Below are positions 1-9,991 of a DNA stretch of 29,950 nucleotides, piece by piece. The translations under genes were made by a program, and so were the position numbers. Source of the DNA: a virus (lineage: Duplodnaviria > Caudoviricetes); IMG/VR virus record IMGVR_UViG_3300008963_000020, positions 1-29,950 of that record; one strand, 5' to 3'. The notes beneath the pieces are model-generated. The model searched no databases. It saw nothing but the letters and a program-made list of their open reading frames with translations, and was not told where the DNA came from. How positions within the stretch are numbered: position 1 is the stretch's first letter; each line of letters opens with the position of its first letter.

Positions 1-2111
1 CCAGATTTTATATTGTCCGCATTTAGGTTTGAGACAGTTACTCGGGAAGCATCGATAGTTCCGGTTCTAATTTTGTCACCGTCAATTACGGTACCGGGAG
101 CTTTAATATCTCTATCACTATTAAAAGCAATAAAGGTATTGGACGCTACTGTTGGCGAAAGAATTCCGCCTGGGCTAACTATTGTCTCGTTAATAGAACC
201 ACTTGGGGAGTTATTAATAATTCTTATTATGTCATCAGCACTAAGTTCGTTGTCAGGTATGTTATTAATCTGCTGATTTACATAAGTAGTGGTAGCCAGA
301 GAGTTTAAATTTATATTTCCTGAAGAAAATACAGCACCATCTGAAGCCCTGATTCGAAAAGTCCGTTCTCCGAATTGGTCATATGCCTCGAGACCGTTTT
401 TAGTTAGAATAATGCCATTTTGGTCACTACCACTACCATCATTTACATTTGGACCGGTTTGAATCCCAAGTCCTGTAATTAGCTGACCGTCCAATGTACC
501 GACATCAATTACATCAAATTTGACTGGCTTATCTACTTCTGCTGTAAAAGTAGATTGAGCAGATACTTCCGTATTTCCATGAACATCATTTAAAACAAAT
601 CGTACGTAGTACGCGTTTCCATCAGTTAAGTCATTAGCATTTAGTACTAGATAGCCTCCTGGTTCAGCGGGAAAGCTACCATAAAAAGTACCCGTGCCTT
701 CTTGGAAGGTACCATCTTGTATTGAAAAACCATTAATCGTTGATAGGTGAACCTCTATCTCATAAGCGTCTACAGCAGGGGGTAGGGTGCCGTCTGTTTG
801 TAGGCCGTCCCAGCTGAAAGTGGGGGTCCCCAAATATTGAGATACCTGAGGAGCGGTAGGTGTTTTTATTTGCTTTGCAGCAGGGGTTATTTCAACATCT
901 ATCTCAGCGGGCTCCGAGAGAAGTCCTCCACTATCAACAGCATAAACGCGGAATGTCACAGTCGCTACTGCTTGACCATTACGTTTTACCTCAAAGCCAT
1001 CTTTTGTCCACTGAGTGTCGTCCCCCAAAATGACATCGCCTTTTTCAAATGGCTCTGATTCCGCGTACCTGTGCCATACCTGCACACCAAGTAAATCATC
1101 CAAAGGGTTGCCTTCTGCATTTGTAGTTGGATTAGACCAATTAAGAGTTACGCGTGCCACCCCGGCTGTAGTACCGTCCACAGCCCTACTCTCCGAATTA
1201 CCAGTAAGGTTGGTCACTGGCCCTGGAGCCACACCGTCGTCACCTACAAATTCGTTGAAAGATATCCACCTAATGTCTCTCCAAGTAAAAACCTGGTCGG
1301 TTGCCTCGCTGTTGTCTACCCAGGTGGCTCCATCTCTAACAAAGTTGTGAGCAACTGCATATACATGCCTAGTTACAGTAGTGACAGGGGTGGTATTAAT
1401 TGGTTCAGCTAGAGGCGAGGAGATTTCATACTCGATAAAGTCAGTATCTACGTTAGACAGTCTAAAGAGACCGTCTCTACCAAAAACGATAGGGTTTTCA
1501 ATACCAAGCTCTACATAAACAACATCTCCAACTTTAAACTTGTGTTGCCCGGTAAGGCCGATTCTTATAGTGCTGTCAGAGCCTTCATAGCTAGCAATTT
1601 GCACTTTAGTTATAAGCTCGATTGGCTGAGATGTGCCCTCAGGTGCAGCAACATCAGTTGCATACAGAACTGAATTTATTAGCTCTGGTTCTTGGTCAGT
1701 AGGTGTGTATTGATAGTTCTTACGCTCATCGCCGTCCCATGGCTCCGAGCTCGCAGAAACAATAGTGAAATTATTTCCAGAGACTTCAAAGTCGGCATCA
1801 GCTGACCCATTTATACCGCTTACTTGGAAGCGGCCATCGGCTTTTGAACCGGGGTCAGCACCAAGAAATACCTCTACGCGGGGAGAGCTGCCTGATACGC
1901 CGCTTCCGTAAAGATACGCTTTCTCGACCGGTAGGTATTGATTTGGAGCAGAGTTAGAAACAATTACATCTACCGAATCTGCCAGCTCTTCGGCAGCAGC
2001 TTGCTCGCTAGAAGATAGTAAGTCAATGGGACGAAACTCTAAAGTTTTTACCCTACGGTCTAACGTACTTAGCAGATTAGTGAGCTTCCTGCGTCTTCTT
2101 CTAATTGCCAA
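1..2111 (-). CDS. Minor tail / tail-tip (host-specificity-type) protein, partial (runs off the left edge, >700 aa); not in the ORF track
   Basis: TTG start at 2111 preceded by GGAGG and overlapping the upstream stop. Manual translation gives MAIRRRRRKLTNLLSTLDRRVKTLEFRP..., an H-x-F-x-x-G-D beta module (TGQHKFKVGDVVYV), an FN3-like segment (VARVTLNWSNPTTNAEGNPLDDLLGVQVW) and ...IDGDKIRTGTIDASRVTVSNLNADNI near the edge. No stop in the segments translated. Follows the hub gene. Confidence 0.8.
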   Translation of the reverse strand, partial: MAIRRRRRKLTNLLSTLDRRVKTLEFRPIDLLSSSEQAAAEELADSVDVIVSNSAPNQYLPVEKAYLYGSGVSGSSPRVEVFLGADPGSKADGRFQVSGINGSADADFEVSGNNFTIVSASSEPWDGDERKNYQYTPTDQEPELINSVLYATDVAAPEGTSQPIELITKVQIASYEGSDSTIRIGLTGQHKFKVGDVVYVELGIENPIVFGRDGLFRLSNVDTDFIEYEISSPLAEPINTTPVTTVTRHVYAVAHNFVRDGATWVDNSEATDQVFTWRDIRWISFNEFVGDDGVAPGPVTNLTGNSESRAVDGTTAGVARVTLNWSNPTTNAEGNPLDDLLGVQVWHRYAESEPFEKGDVILGDDTQWTKDGFEVKRNGQAVATVTFRVYAVDSGGLLSEPAEIDVEITPAAKQIKTPTAPQVSQYLGTPTFSWDGLQTDGTLPPAVDAYEIEVHLSTINGFSIQDGTFQEGTGTFYGSFPAEPGGYLVLNANDLTDGNAYYVRFVLNDVHGNTEVSAQSTFTAEVDKPVKFDVIDVGTLDGQLITGLGIQTGPNVNDGSGSDQNGIILTKNGLEAYDQFGERTFRIRASDGAVFSSGNINLNSLATTTYVNQQINNIPDNELSADDIIRIINNSPSGSINETIVSPGGILSPTVASNTFIAFNSDRDIKAPGTVIDGDKIRTGTIDASRVTVSNLNADNIKS

Positions 2112-4143
2112 TCTTATCAACCTCCGGTTCAGTTACGAGCTCCAAAGATACTTCTTCCGGGAAAGAAGGATTATCTGGAACAGTGACTTCAAGTGCGTCT
2201 ATTTTTCTCAGTAAGACTTGTCTATTAGTACCATCACGGAGCTCTATATAACTTTGCAGCCTGAGTCTTACAAAGTCATCATTAATTATCACAGAGCACC
2301 AGTCACCAGGCTTATATGAGCCTATTTCAGGTATCATCGAACCATTTACATCTATTGTAAAGTTACTGCTTGGAGGTTTACTCTCTTCTAGATACCTTTT
2401 TGCAACGCCTTGCAGTAAAACTTCATTCCGAGACTCGAAAGTTTCAGTTTGGTCAATTAGAGGCCAGCCTCTATCTAGTAAATCTATATCGGCAGCCGCT
2501 GAGTACGGTTGACTAGCAGATTCGCTTAAGTCGGGGTCATTTCCCTTTACCCAAAAACGGGTAGCTGACGTCTCGGCTGATTCTTCAAAACTTGCATTTG
2601 ATATATTTCCAGGATATTCAAATACAGTTTTGTCCGCACCGAAGGCACTGACAGGAGCAAACTCTCCTGATGGTAGCTTTCCATCAGGCAAGCTATTTAC
2701 ATAAGTACTTAAAGTGGGCGGAACTAGAGGTAGAAAGGTAAAAATCTTTCTAAACTTATTTGTAGAGTTGTCAAATTCGCAATCAATCCTATATTCAAAG
2801 CCGTTAGGTACATTTGAATATTCATCCAGTATTTCGCCTATAGACCTCAGCTCGAAACCGCGGAGTATGGCGTTTCGCTGACGCTCTTGGCTAGGCTGGT
2901 CTGTAGAAAACTCGATACCCAAGAAAGAATTATTGCTGTATGGCCCATATGTGGAGAAGGTTACCGCCGGGTCAACTATCGCAACTGCCTCAGAAGATGC
3001 CGGGCTGAAAGCGACTAGAGAACCTAGGACCACAAAGGTAAAGTTGTTCGCCTGAGGCTCTCCAACTGTTCTAATGGTGTGGAACCCGTCTACTGATGGA
3101 TTAAGGTCTTGAATATATACAATATCCCCCTCTTTAAATCCATGGGGGCCACTTGTAGTTATGGTGACGGTATTGTTTAAGCGTTGCCAGAAGGTTATGT
3201 CAGCACTCTGTCGGGCAGCGCCCGTTTGAGCCACGTTTTGGCCCGTGTTCTCATATGTAAAAGTCTTACTGTCTATAACTTCTTTAACTTTTGCGTCCTG
3301 AGTGTCAAACCCCCTCCCCGTATCGGTTACCTTTATCCTTTGTCCTTTTACAAGCTCATGATTTCTATTTAACGTGATTCTGGCTACGTTCGAACTTCGT
3401 GAGTATGTGCTAATAACATTGAATAAATCAATTCCCGGTTCGATAGCGTCATTTGCAAACTGCAAGTCAAAAAAGTCATTTTCTAGCTCGCCGAGAATAT
3501 ATCGGGCGTAGTCATATGTGTCCTGACGTACCTCCACAGTGATAATGCCTTCTTCAACAATTTGGTCAGGAATGGTCACAGTTCTACCCTGAGCATCCAC
3601 ATACTCGGCATTTACAGTTATTTGGTCTGTTCCGTTTGTAGTTAGTACGCTAAAAGTGTCACTATATAGACTCCTGTCGGGGCCCCAATCTAAATAAATT
3701 GGCTCTCCAACTTCAAAAGCATATTCTGCAAAGTCTAAGTTGATAGTAGCTACCCCCGACTCAACAGTAGCATTAGCACTAAAAGCATTAGAAAAGGTCT
3801 GCCAAAGAACTCGACTATACAGATAACTTGTAAACTCCGAGGCTGAAACATCAAGGGACTTTGAGACTATGTCGTATGTTCTTGACCATATAATGCCTCC
3901 CCATACTGTAACACCGTTTCTAGTTATAAAAAGTGCACGTTTACCCGGGAGAGTATTTTCATAAAGACTTAGATTAAAAGTCTCTGCAACTACTGGTATG
4001 CTTCCGAAAAATTGACCGGCTTCGCGAAGAGAGCGACCGTAACTTACTCCTGTAAAGGGGATTTCAGCAAGCAGTTCATTAGTGTTGATATCGGTAACAA
4101 AGTACCTATACTCAACCTCTGCAGGTTTTCTTGTCTCTACCAT
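2101..4143 (-). CDS. Minor tail protein (baseplate hub/Tal-like, siphovirus gp37-like), 680 aa
   Basis: Position after Dit. N-terminal LLAEIPFTGVSYGRSL...RNGVTVWGGIIW and C-terminal GSYKPGDWCSVIINDDF are typical of actinophage hub proteins. Contains inserted HG-x-x-x-GD beta modules. Confidence 0.75.
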   Translation of the reverse strand: MVETRKPAEVEYRYFVTDINTNELLAEIPFTGVSYGRSLREAGQFFGSIPVVAETFNLSLYENTLPGKRALFITRNGVTVWGGIIWSRTYDIVSKSLDVSASEFTSYLYSRVLWQTFSNAFSANATVESGVATINLDFAEYAFEVGEPIYLDWGPDRSLYSDTFSVLTTNGTDQITVNAEYVDAQGRTVTIPDQIVEEGIITVEVRQDTYDYARYILGELENDFFDLQFANDAIEPGIDLFNVISTYSRSSNVARITLNRNHELVKGQRIKVTDTGRGFDTQDAKVKEVIDSKTFTYENTGQNVAQTGAARQSADITFWQRLNNTVTITTSGPHGFKEGDIVYIQDLNPSVDGFHTIRTVGEPQANNFTFVVLGSLVAFSPASSEAVAIVDPAVTFSTYGPYSNNSFLGIEFSTDQPSQERQRNAILRGFELRSIGEILDEYSNVPNGFEYRIDCEFDNSTNKFRKIFTFLPLVPPTLSTYVNSLPDGKLPSGEFAPVSAFGADKTVFEYPGNISNASFEESAETSATRFWVKGNDPDLSESASQPYSAAADIDLLDRGWPLIDQTETFESRNEVLLQGVAKRYLEESKPPSSNFTIDVNGSMIPEIGSYKPGDWCSVIINDDFVRLRLQSYIELRDGTNRQVLLRKIDALEVTVPDNPSFPEEVSLELVTEPEVDKIGN

Positions 4144-4166
4144 ATTTTGTCTTTTATCCTATGTGT

Positions 4167-5105
4167 TTAGCCTATCCAGCCGGACCTATATAAAATTCTA
4201 CAGCTTCCGGAGCCGGAATAAGTGAAAAAGTTCTCTCCGGGGTCTAAATATAGCCAATCTAGCAAAGTGTCGGTTTTAAATCTGCCGCTCAGGACAGATT
4301 CATCCTCTACTAACAAGACTTCCCTATTCAAAGAATCTATCTCTAACGTTTGACCCGATTCCAAAGAGTCAACTATTTGTACGGTTTCGGTCTCAAAATT
4401 CTCACTGTTGCTTTTAACAATGCTTATAGGAGATGCAGGGCTTGCAGATACGGGACCAAATATTTGAAAAATAGTAGACACCTTTGTATTACCCTGATTA
4501 ACTACGGGCGGGCTAGAACTAGTTATACCAGCTGAACGATAGTTGTTGGCACCACCTACCCATTCGTACTTAACTGGGTCAGCAGCTTTAAATCCAATAG
4601 AAAAATTAGTTCTACCCCTAGCCGTTACGGTCTCAATCGAAGGCGAGCCAGAAAGTCTTACAAAAGCAGCCTTGGGAGTAGGTGCCTCACGGACAACTAA
4701 CCAATTACCTTTTCTGACTAAATCTGTAGCTTTAATTAGCTTATCTCTAGCTTTAGCAACTTGGTCAGGGTTTTGAGTAAGAAAACTTCCGGTCAAAGTT
4801 ATATTTCTAGCATTATACCTACCAGTGGCATCATAGTCACCATCGCCCCAACCTCTGCGGAGAGAAGGTAGCTCTGGGTCCGGCTGACGCCACCAGTTGG
4901 CTATATCTGTCATTACCCAAACAACACCATCTTCATCAATAGTGTTTAGTACAAGGTCTCCAATTTCAACATCCGCTTCCAGCTTAAGGCCAGATAGGTA
5001 GGGAGCTGGTAAGGCAGATAAGCCTCCATCTACTTTTTCATTTTCTATCGCTTGAGCCGCAGCGTCAGCTACTGTGTCATAGAACTGGTTATATTCTTCA
5101 GCCAT
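4167..5105 (-). CDS. Distal tail protein (Dit-like minor tail protein), 312 aa
   Basis: Directly downstream of the tape measure gene with a TAATG overlap. Motifs GDGDY...RNITLTG, F-x-AADPVKY, NQGN, W-x-x-LDPGEN and terminal YRSGW are characteristic of siphovirus Dit proteins. Confidence 0.8.
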   Translation of the reverse strand: MAEEYNQFYDTVADAAAQAIENEKVDGGLSALPAPYLSGLKLEADVEIGDLVLNTIDEDGVVWVMTDIANWWRQPDPELPSLRRGWGDGDYDATGRYNARNITLTGSFLTQNPDQVAKARDKLIKATDLVRKGNWLVVREAPTPKAAFVRLSGSPSIETVTARGRTNFSIGFKAADPVKYEWVGGANNYRSAGITSSSPPVVNQGNTKVSTIFQIFGPVSASPASPISIVKSNSENFETETVQIVDSLESGQTLEIDSLNREVLLVEDESVLSGRFKTDTLLDWLYLDPGENFFTYSGSGSCRILYRSGWIG

Positions 5106-7912
5106 TAAAAGGTTCCCTTTCTAACCTGGAACGCAATCTTGCGTGAGACTTCCTCTGCCAGCTCACGTACGTCCATACCAGGAGCGGGATTAACTGTGAC
5201 ATTTATGTCGCCACCACCTCTCTTGGAAACAGCGCTCTCTATAGAGTTCATAAGTGCCCTATCCCTTGCCGATAACCCATCTGGACCCAAAGGCTCTACT
5301 CGTTCGTTTCTGCCCCCCTCTCCAATTATGGCTAGGGTACCTCCATCCACAGCATCCACTATGCCGCCCTCTGCTAACTTAGGGATTCTTCCAATGTTGT
5401 AGGCTGCAATCTTTGAAATATCGAATCCAACAGCACTAGGTAGGTCTAAATTTATTGCCGAAGCAGCATCTCTGACCCAGTTGGGGATAGGTATAGATAT
5501 ACTGTTTAAAGAGTAAATAATTCCATCATTTAGGCCTGTAATAAGGGAGTTAACAAACCCCTCCCAAAGGTCAAGGAGTCCGTTAATCATATCTATAAAA
5601 CCGTTTTGTATGACGTTTGTACCAAACACCATATCTGTGTCTCTTTCGAAGCTCGTGGAAAGCGAGCCCGTGAAATCTTCCCAGCCGCTTTTTAAGTTGT
5701 TTTTGAGACCATTCCACTTTTCTTCTAGACCAGGGGCGCCCTCTTCAATCCAGCCAACAAGCCTGCCAGTGCTTTCCTCTAAGTTGCCCCATAAGTCATT
5801 GAAGAAGTTTTTAAATTGGGTCTCAAGAAGGTCGCCTGCTCCTGTTATCTCTAAGAGGAGGCCACCAGCAGTAAGGGCAATTCCTATAAATCCAGGTCCT
5901 GATATTTTGGGTGTCTTAAATACAGAGCCTAGCTTGCCTCCAGTAACTCCAGCTTTTTTATTTGTATCGCCTAATAGGTTAGGGAAAGTCTTTTTGAAAA
6001 ACCCGCGTATACCACCGCCAGTAGGCGTAAAACCGCCTTTAGGTCCAATCTTAAATCCTAGAACCCTGGCAAAAGGATTAAATATAAATAATAAGAAACC
6101 ACCAAGTGGCAAGAGAACAAAGTTTGTGATTAAGGTAAATATTAAACCTATAGCATTTAGAGTCTGGAATATAGGGGATACAATCCCCAGGATTTTTTGC
6201 CCAGTGTCACTACCAATAAACTCATTAACCCCTGATAGTGCTCCTGTTAAGGTCTCGAAAAAGGCTTCCATACCCCCTTCGTCTGTAATGTTATTCATGA
6301 AAGTGATTAGTTCAGTCAAGAACTCTCCCAGCTCAGGCAAGGCCCCAATCATCTTATCCATGAATTCGCCAAAGTTCTCTTGGAATTCCTCACTATTCAG
6401 TTCGTCCAAAAACTCACCTAGTTCAGGGGAAGCACCCAGCTCAAATATACCGCCTAAGATGTTTCCAATTAGGTCTAGTAGTTTTGTACCATTTTCAGTA
6501 GCTAGGTTTAAGTTTTCTGCAAACTGTTCGTCGTCTCCGATATTAGAAAAACGTTCTGTTATCTCTTCCAGGTAATCTAGTAGGGTGTCAGCTGCCCCGC
6601 CTTCTTCGGCTGCTTCACCAATGCCAAATATTCCACCTATAATGTTTCCTAATATAGTGCCAAGCTGAGAGGCGCGGTCGGCGGCTGTCTCAAAGAATTC
6701 AGTTAAGCCCCCGCCCTCTTCCGAGTTCGCCGCTCTTAGGTCAGAAAGAATATTGCTTGTGCTACCCTCCATGCTCCCGAGGAATCTATCGATAATTGGC
6801 TCTGCTGCAATTAAAATTTCTAAAAATATGGAAAATACATTTCCTAGAATTGTTCCAATTGTCGGGATATCTTCAGAAAATTGATTAATTAAAGTTGTAA
6901 AACTTTCTGCCCCGCCATTGTCCAAGATGGCATTAAAGAAGTTTTCAGCTGCCATACCAAGTGACTCACCGAAGGCCTCTACGGCCTCGCCGAACTCGTC
7001 TTGTCTTAGTACCTCATTTTCAAGTTTTTTGAGACCTTTCATCAGCCCTGGGACAAAGCCATCTGATATTTTCTCTTCTAACTCTTCAAAAAGCCCTTGA
7101 AGACTCACAAGATATTCGGCTAAAGCTCGCTGGCTGTCGTTAAGTCCCGCAAATGGGTCTTGGACCCCGCCTCCAACGCTTGCAGGAGATATCCCATCTT
7201 CTACCTGCTTTTGGAGGTCTGAGTTTTGGTCTTTTGCTCTTCGGAAGGCTAGTTCGGCTTCCTCATACGCCAACTGTGCTTCGCGCCTAGCTCTAGAGTT
7301 AGGCGGCAGGTCTTGAACCCTAATTAAGTTTTCTCTAGCTTTTTCTAGATTTAAAGCTGCTCTCTCTTCACTAAGCGCGGCTTCTTCTGCGTTAAACCTT
7401 AACTGTTGCATCTCTTCATTTATGTCACGGAGAGTTCCAGCAAATTGTTGATTCTGCTCGTTCGCTTGAGCTACCGCTGCGCCTACTCCACTTAAGCCAA
7501 TTCTGGCTCCTATAGCTGCCGCACCTAAGGTTACAAACGCTCCCCCTAAAGCAGCAACAGCCGGTAACGCTGTGGCTAATACTCCAACTAAAGTTGTTAA
7601 GACACCGCCAAGAGCACCAATCGCTGCTACTACTCCAGATAAGGCAGGGCCTAAGAAATTGCTAACCCTAATCAAACTGAGAAGTCTTTGCCTAGCTGCC
7701 TGTAGCTCCCCCTCCATGCCCTGGAGAGATTGAATTAATCTACTAAATGGGTTTCCAGAGGCGCTTTGAAAGTTTTTAGTGAAACTTCTTCCCATGGAGC
7801 TACCTGCATTACCAGCAGCGGCCGAAGCCCCCTCTAAGCTCTTTTTGATATCGCTACCAACATTGGTAGTTATAGCACGCACAACAATTGTTGCACTACC
7901 TAACACTGCCAT
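5105..7912 (-). CDS. Tape measure protein, 935 aa
   Basis: Long Ala/Gly/Leu-rich helical ORF after the chaperone pair. Starts MAVLGSATIVVRA, has hydrophobic segments and a coiled coil, and a C-terminal IPKLAEGGIV...IIGEGGRNERVEPL...INVTVN motif. Confidence 0.9.
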   Translation of the reverse strand: MAVLGSATIVVRAITTNVGSDIKKSLEGASAAAGNAGSSMGRSFTKNFQSASGNPFSRLIQSLQGMEGELQAARQRLLSLIRVSNFLGPALSGVVAAIGALGGVLTTLVGVLATALPAVAALGGAFVTLGAAAIGARIGLSGVGAAVAQANEQNQQFAGTLRDINEEMQQLRFNAEEAALSEERAALNLEKARENLIRVQDLPPNSRARREAQLAYEEAELAFRRAKDQNSDLQKQVEDGISPASVGGGVQDPFAGLNDSQRALAEYLVSLQGLFEELEEKISDGFVPGLMKGLKKLENEVLRQDEFGEAVEAFGESLGMAAENFFNAILDNGGAESFTTLINQFSEDIPTIGTILGNVFSIFLEILIAAEPIIDRFLGSMEGSTSNILSDLRAANSEEGGGLTEFFETAADRASQLGTILGNIIGGIFGIGEAAEEGGAADTLLDYLEEITERFSNIGDDEQFAENLNLATENGTKLLDLIGNILGGIFELGASPELGEFLDELNSEEFQENFGEFMDKMIGALPELGEFLTELITFMNNITDEGGMEAFFETLTGALSGVNEFIGSDTGQKILGIVSPIFQTLNAIGLIFTLITNFVLLPLGGFLLFIFNPFARVLGFKIGPKGGFTPTGGGIRGFFKKTFPNLLGDTNKKAGVTGGKLGSVFKTPKISGPGFIGIALTAGGLLLEITGAGDLLETQFKNFFNDLWGNLEESTGRLVGWIEEGAPGLEEKWNGLKNNLKSGWEDFTGSLSTSFERDTDMVFGTNVIQNGFIDMINGLLDLWEGFVNSLITGLNDGIIYSLNSISIPIPNWVRDAASAINLDLPSAVGFDISKIAAYNIGRIPKLAEGGIVDAVDGGTLAIIGEGGRNERVEPLGPDGLSARDRALMNSIESAVSKRGGGDINVTVNPAPGMDVRELAEEVSRKIAFQVRKGTF

Positions 7913-7932
7913 AACTTACCTTTCTTTGTTGG

Positions 7933-8346
7933 TTACCCACCAATAGGTGGGTCGAGTAGAGCTCCGAAGGGGGCTAAAGACTCGCCTTTTGCTTCAGTGG
8001 GCGGAATGTAATTTTTAGGAGGTTTTGCCGTCGGACTAGGTTCGTCCAAATCAAACTCTTGCGAAGGGTCTATATATTGCCTACCCTGGGCACCAGAGGA
8101 CCTAGCCGCATATTTATAAGTTTGGTCATATAAGGAATACAGTCTGCTTCTCATATCGGAAACACTCTGAACCTCTTCGGCAGAACCATACCTAGCATCT
8201 TGTTCAAAGAAAAAATGGACTACATCGCAAAGTTCGGACGCTTCCATTTCTTTAAGGTCTAATTTCATTGCTAGGGCTTTTCCATTTACATACGGCCAGA
8301 GGTCAATTGCCCAGCTTAGGAGGCCTCTGGCTGCTTTTCCGGGCGG
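7933..8346 (-). CDS. Tail assembly chaperone, C-terminal (gpT-like) part, probably expressed by -1 frameshift from the upstream gene
   Basis: The frame is open from the TAA at 8347-8349 through 7933. It overlaps the last ~10 codons of the upstream chaperone in the -1 frame and encodes ..SWAIDLWPYVNGKALAMKLD.. upstream of the first ATG (8268). Confidence 0.7.
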   Translation of the reverse strand, partial: PPGKAARGLLSWAIDLWPYVNGKALAMKLDLKEMEASELCDVVHFFFEQDARYGSAEEVQSVSDMRSRLYSLYDQTYKYAARSSGAQGRQYIDPSQEFDLDEPSPTAKPPKNYIPPTEAKGESLAPFGALLDPPIGG

Positions 8347-8654
8347 TTAGTCAGTTGCTCCGTAATCCAGGCCACAATGTCTCCGAGAGCTTCTACCGTA
8401 ACAACCTTATCCTTGCTATCAAGTAGTGCACTAAACCTTGTGTAGCTTTCCTCGGTTAGAACGTATCCGAAGAACTCGCTAATCATCTTTGCTTGGTCTG
8501 CAGGATTGTCGCTGCCAGCTTTAGCAGTCATGTCTAGCAAAACCTTACCCTGAACAGCTTTAACACACTCGAACTCCTCGTCGTGAAGCTTAAATTTAGC
8601 TCCTACAATTGATTCGTCGATAAACTTGCTACCAAAATCTTTGATTTCAGCCAT
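8316..8654 (-). CDS. Tail assembly chaperone (gpG-like), 112 aa
   Basis: Size and position two ORFs upstream of the tape measure gene. F-x-L-x-x-EEF start and LGDIVAWITEQLTNRP ending are typical of actinophage chaperones. Confidence 0.75.
   Translation of the reverse strand: MAEIKDFGSKFIDESIVGAKFKLHDEEFECVKAVQGKVLLDMTAKAGSDNPADQAKMISEFFGYVLTEESYTRFSALLDSKDKVVTVEALGDIVAWITEQLTNRPEKQPEAS
8334..8343 (-). other. Candidate programmed -1 ribosomal frameshift site C-CCG-GAA-AAG
   Basis: Zero-frame CCG GAA AAG becomes CCC GGA AAA in -1. It lies in the only ~30-nt window where both frames are open. Confidence 0.65.
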
Positions 8655-8713
8655 CTTTGTATCTTCTTTCTTTAGTCATTTATTTCATAGTTAAGCGCAA
8701 TACGCCTGATACT

Positions 8714-8723
8714 ATTGTATCGG
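8714..8723 (-). promoter_or_regulatory. Putative promoter -10-type element CCGATACAAT upstream of the chaperone/tail-tip genes
   Basis: Intergenic. The identical 10-mer occurs at 28403-28412 and a related ACGGTAAAAT at 15498-15507. Contains TAnnnT. Confidence 0.55.
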
Positions 8724-8725
8724 AC

Positions 8726-9256
8726 TTAGTAGATAACTATTTTTGGCTTGAAGATAGATAGCTGTCGCGTCAGATATCGGTTCGGCTGAGTGCCTGGGTG
8801 TCTAACCATAGGTGTAAAAATTTTTTTACCGTTTTTCACAAACTTTAAATTCTTTGATGACGAGGCCATAATTACGTGCGGCCTAGTGCCTTCATGGTGC
8901 ATCAAAGCATAATTTAAATCAGAACCAATAACTATGTATTGACCAGTAGCGTTACCAAGGTGTCGCTTATATATAGAACTTTTTAGTCGACCAGTGTCGA
9001 CTCCCACCTGAGCCTTTGCCATTTTCTGAGCGAGCTCTGCTCGACGCTCTAGCTTTCTCCAAAGAGGACCTGCAGGAGTGTTTAAATACGCCCTCAGTCG
9101 GTGGTGATATAGACGTATCCTAGTTACTTCAAATTCAAACGTTGTGGGGTTTGCAACGTTGCGGGCTATCCTGCTAGTTTGGCGTAAGGACTTTATGCTC
9201 TTACGAACAACATAAGTTCCCCAGTTGTCAGGAATCCAGGGCTTAAAAAGTGGCAT
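8726..9256 (-). CDS. HK97 gp10-like neck/tail-completion protein, 176 aa
   Basis: Basic protein with VGVDTGRLKSSI, YALMHHEGTRPHVI and HPGTQPNRYL motifs. Confidence 0.75.
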   Translation of the reverse strand: MPLFKPWIPDNWGTYVVRKSIKSLRQTSRIARNVANPTTFEFEVTRIRLYHHRLRAYLNTPAGPLWRKLERRAELAQKMAKAQVGVDTGRLKSSIYKRHLGNATGQYIVIGSDLNYALMHHEGTRPHVIMASSSKNLKFVKNGKKIFTPMVRHPGTQPNRYLTRQLSIFKPKIVIY

Positions 9257-9265
9257 TTATTTTCC

Positions 9266-9772
9266 TTACGGGATAATCATAGTCAGCTGCATGTTAACTA
9301 GTTGGAATCCTCCCTCAGGAGGTGTAGCATCCAACCCAACTACGACTCCAGGACCAAATCCTCCGGACTCATCCCACATGTCGATTCTTTTAGCAGACTC
9401 CATCAACACCCAAGCATCAATTGCTGCTCTCGCTGAATACTCCTGGATTTTCTCAGCTGTAGGTGCACGTCCGTTAACACCAACTGTTGGAACTTCTCTA
9501 GCAATAGAGATTCCTACTGTTGCGCTACGAGGCACGCTGTTACCTTTGTATGGCTGAGGAATTTCTTCTCCAGGTGTACCAAGGAATGCCTGAATCATAT
9601 ACACAACAAGCTGCTCGGAATCAACCGCAGGCTGACCCATAGTCCAGTATTGCCGATTAGGTAGTGCGACATTGTATTCTGCAAATTCTTTTGCCACGCG
9701 GTCAACAATGCCGTCCATCATATTCTTAAGATTCAGCGCATCCTCGGATACACCTGAGAAGTCAATAGCCAT
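9266..9772 (-). CDS. Putative tail terminator / head-tail connector, 168 aa
   Basis: Position in the neck cluster. PAVDSEQLVV...GISIAR...PEGG pattern resembles cluster-B-like connector proteins. Confidence 0.55.
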   Translation of the reverse strand: MAIDFSGVSEDALNLKNMMDGIVDRVAKEFAEYNVALPNRQYWTMGQPAVDSEQLVVYMIQAFLGTPGEEIPQPYKGNSVPRSATVGISIAREVPTVGVNGRAPTAEKIQEYSARAAIDAWVLMESAKRIDMWDESGGFGPGVVVGLDATPPEGGFQLVNMQLTMIIP

Positions 9773-9979
9773 TTAGAGTTCCTCTGAGGTCCCTTCTTCT
9801 GATTCCTCTACTACTGGTGACTCTACCACGGGCTCCTCAACAATAGTTGTCTCTTCAACAACAGGTTCTGGAGCAGGCTTAGGTGCAGGTGCAGCCTTTG
9901 CCTTTGGAGCAGCCTTCTTCACAGTCTTTGCCTTACCTAGCATGTCAGCTGAGGTAAAGTTAGTTTGTACTTCTGCCAT
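9773..9979 (-). CDS. Hypothetical protein, 68 aa (Lys/Ala/Pro-rich N-half, Glu/Val-rich C-half)
   Basis: AAGGAAAG upstream of the ATG; exactly fills the gap between neighbouring genes. Confidence 0.65.
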   Translation of the reverse strand: MAEVQTNFTSADMLGKAKTVKKAAPKAKAAPAPKPAPEPVVEETTIVEEPVVESPVVEESEEGTSEEL

Positions 9980-9991
9980 ATTTACTTTCCT

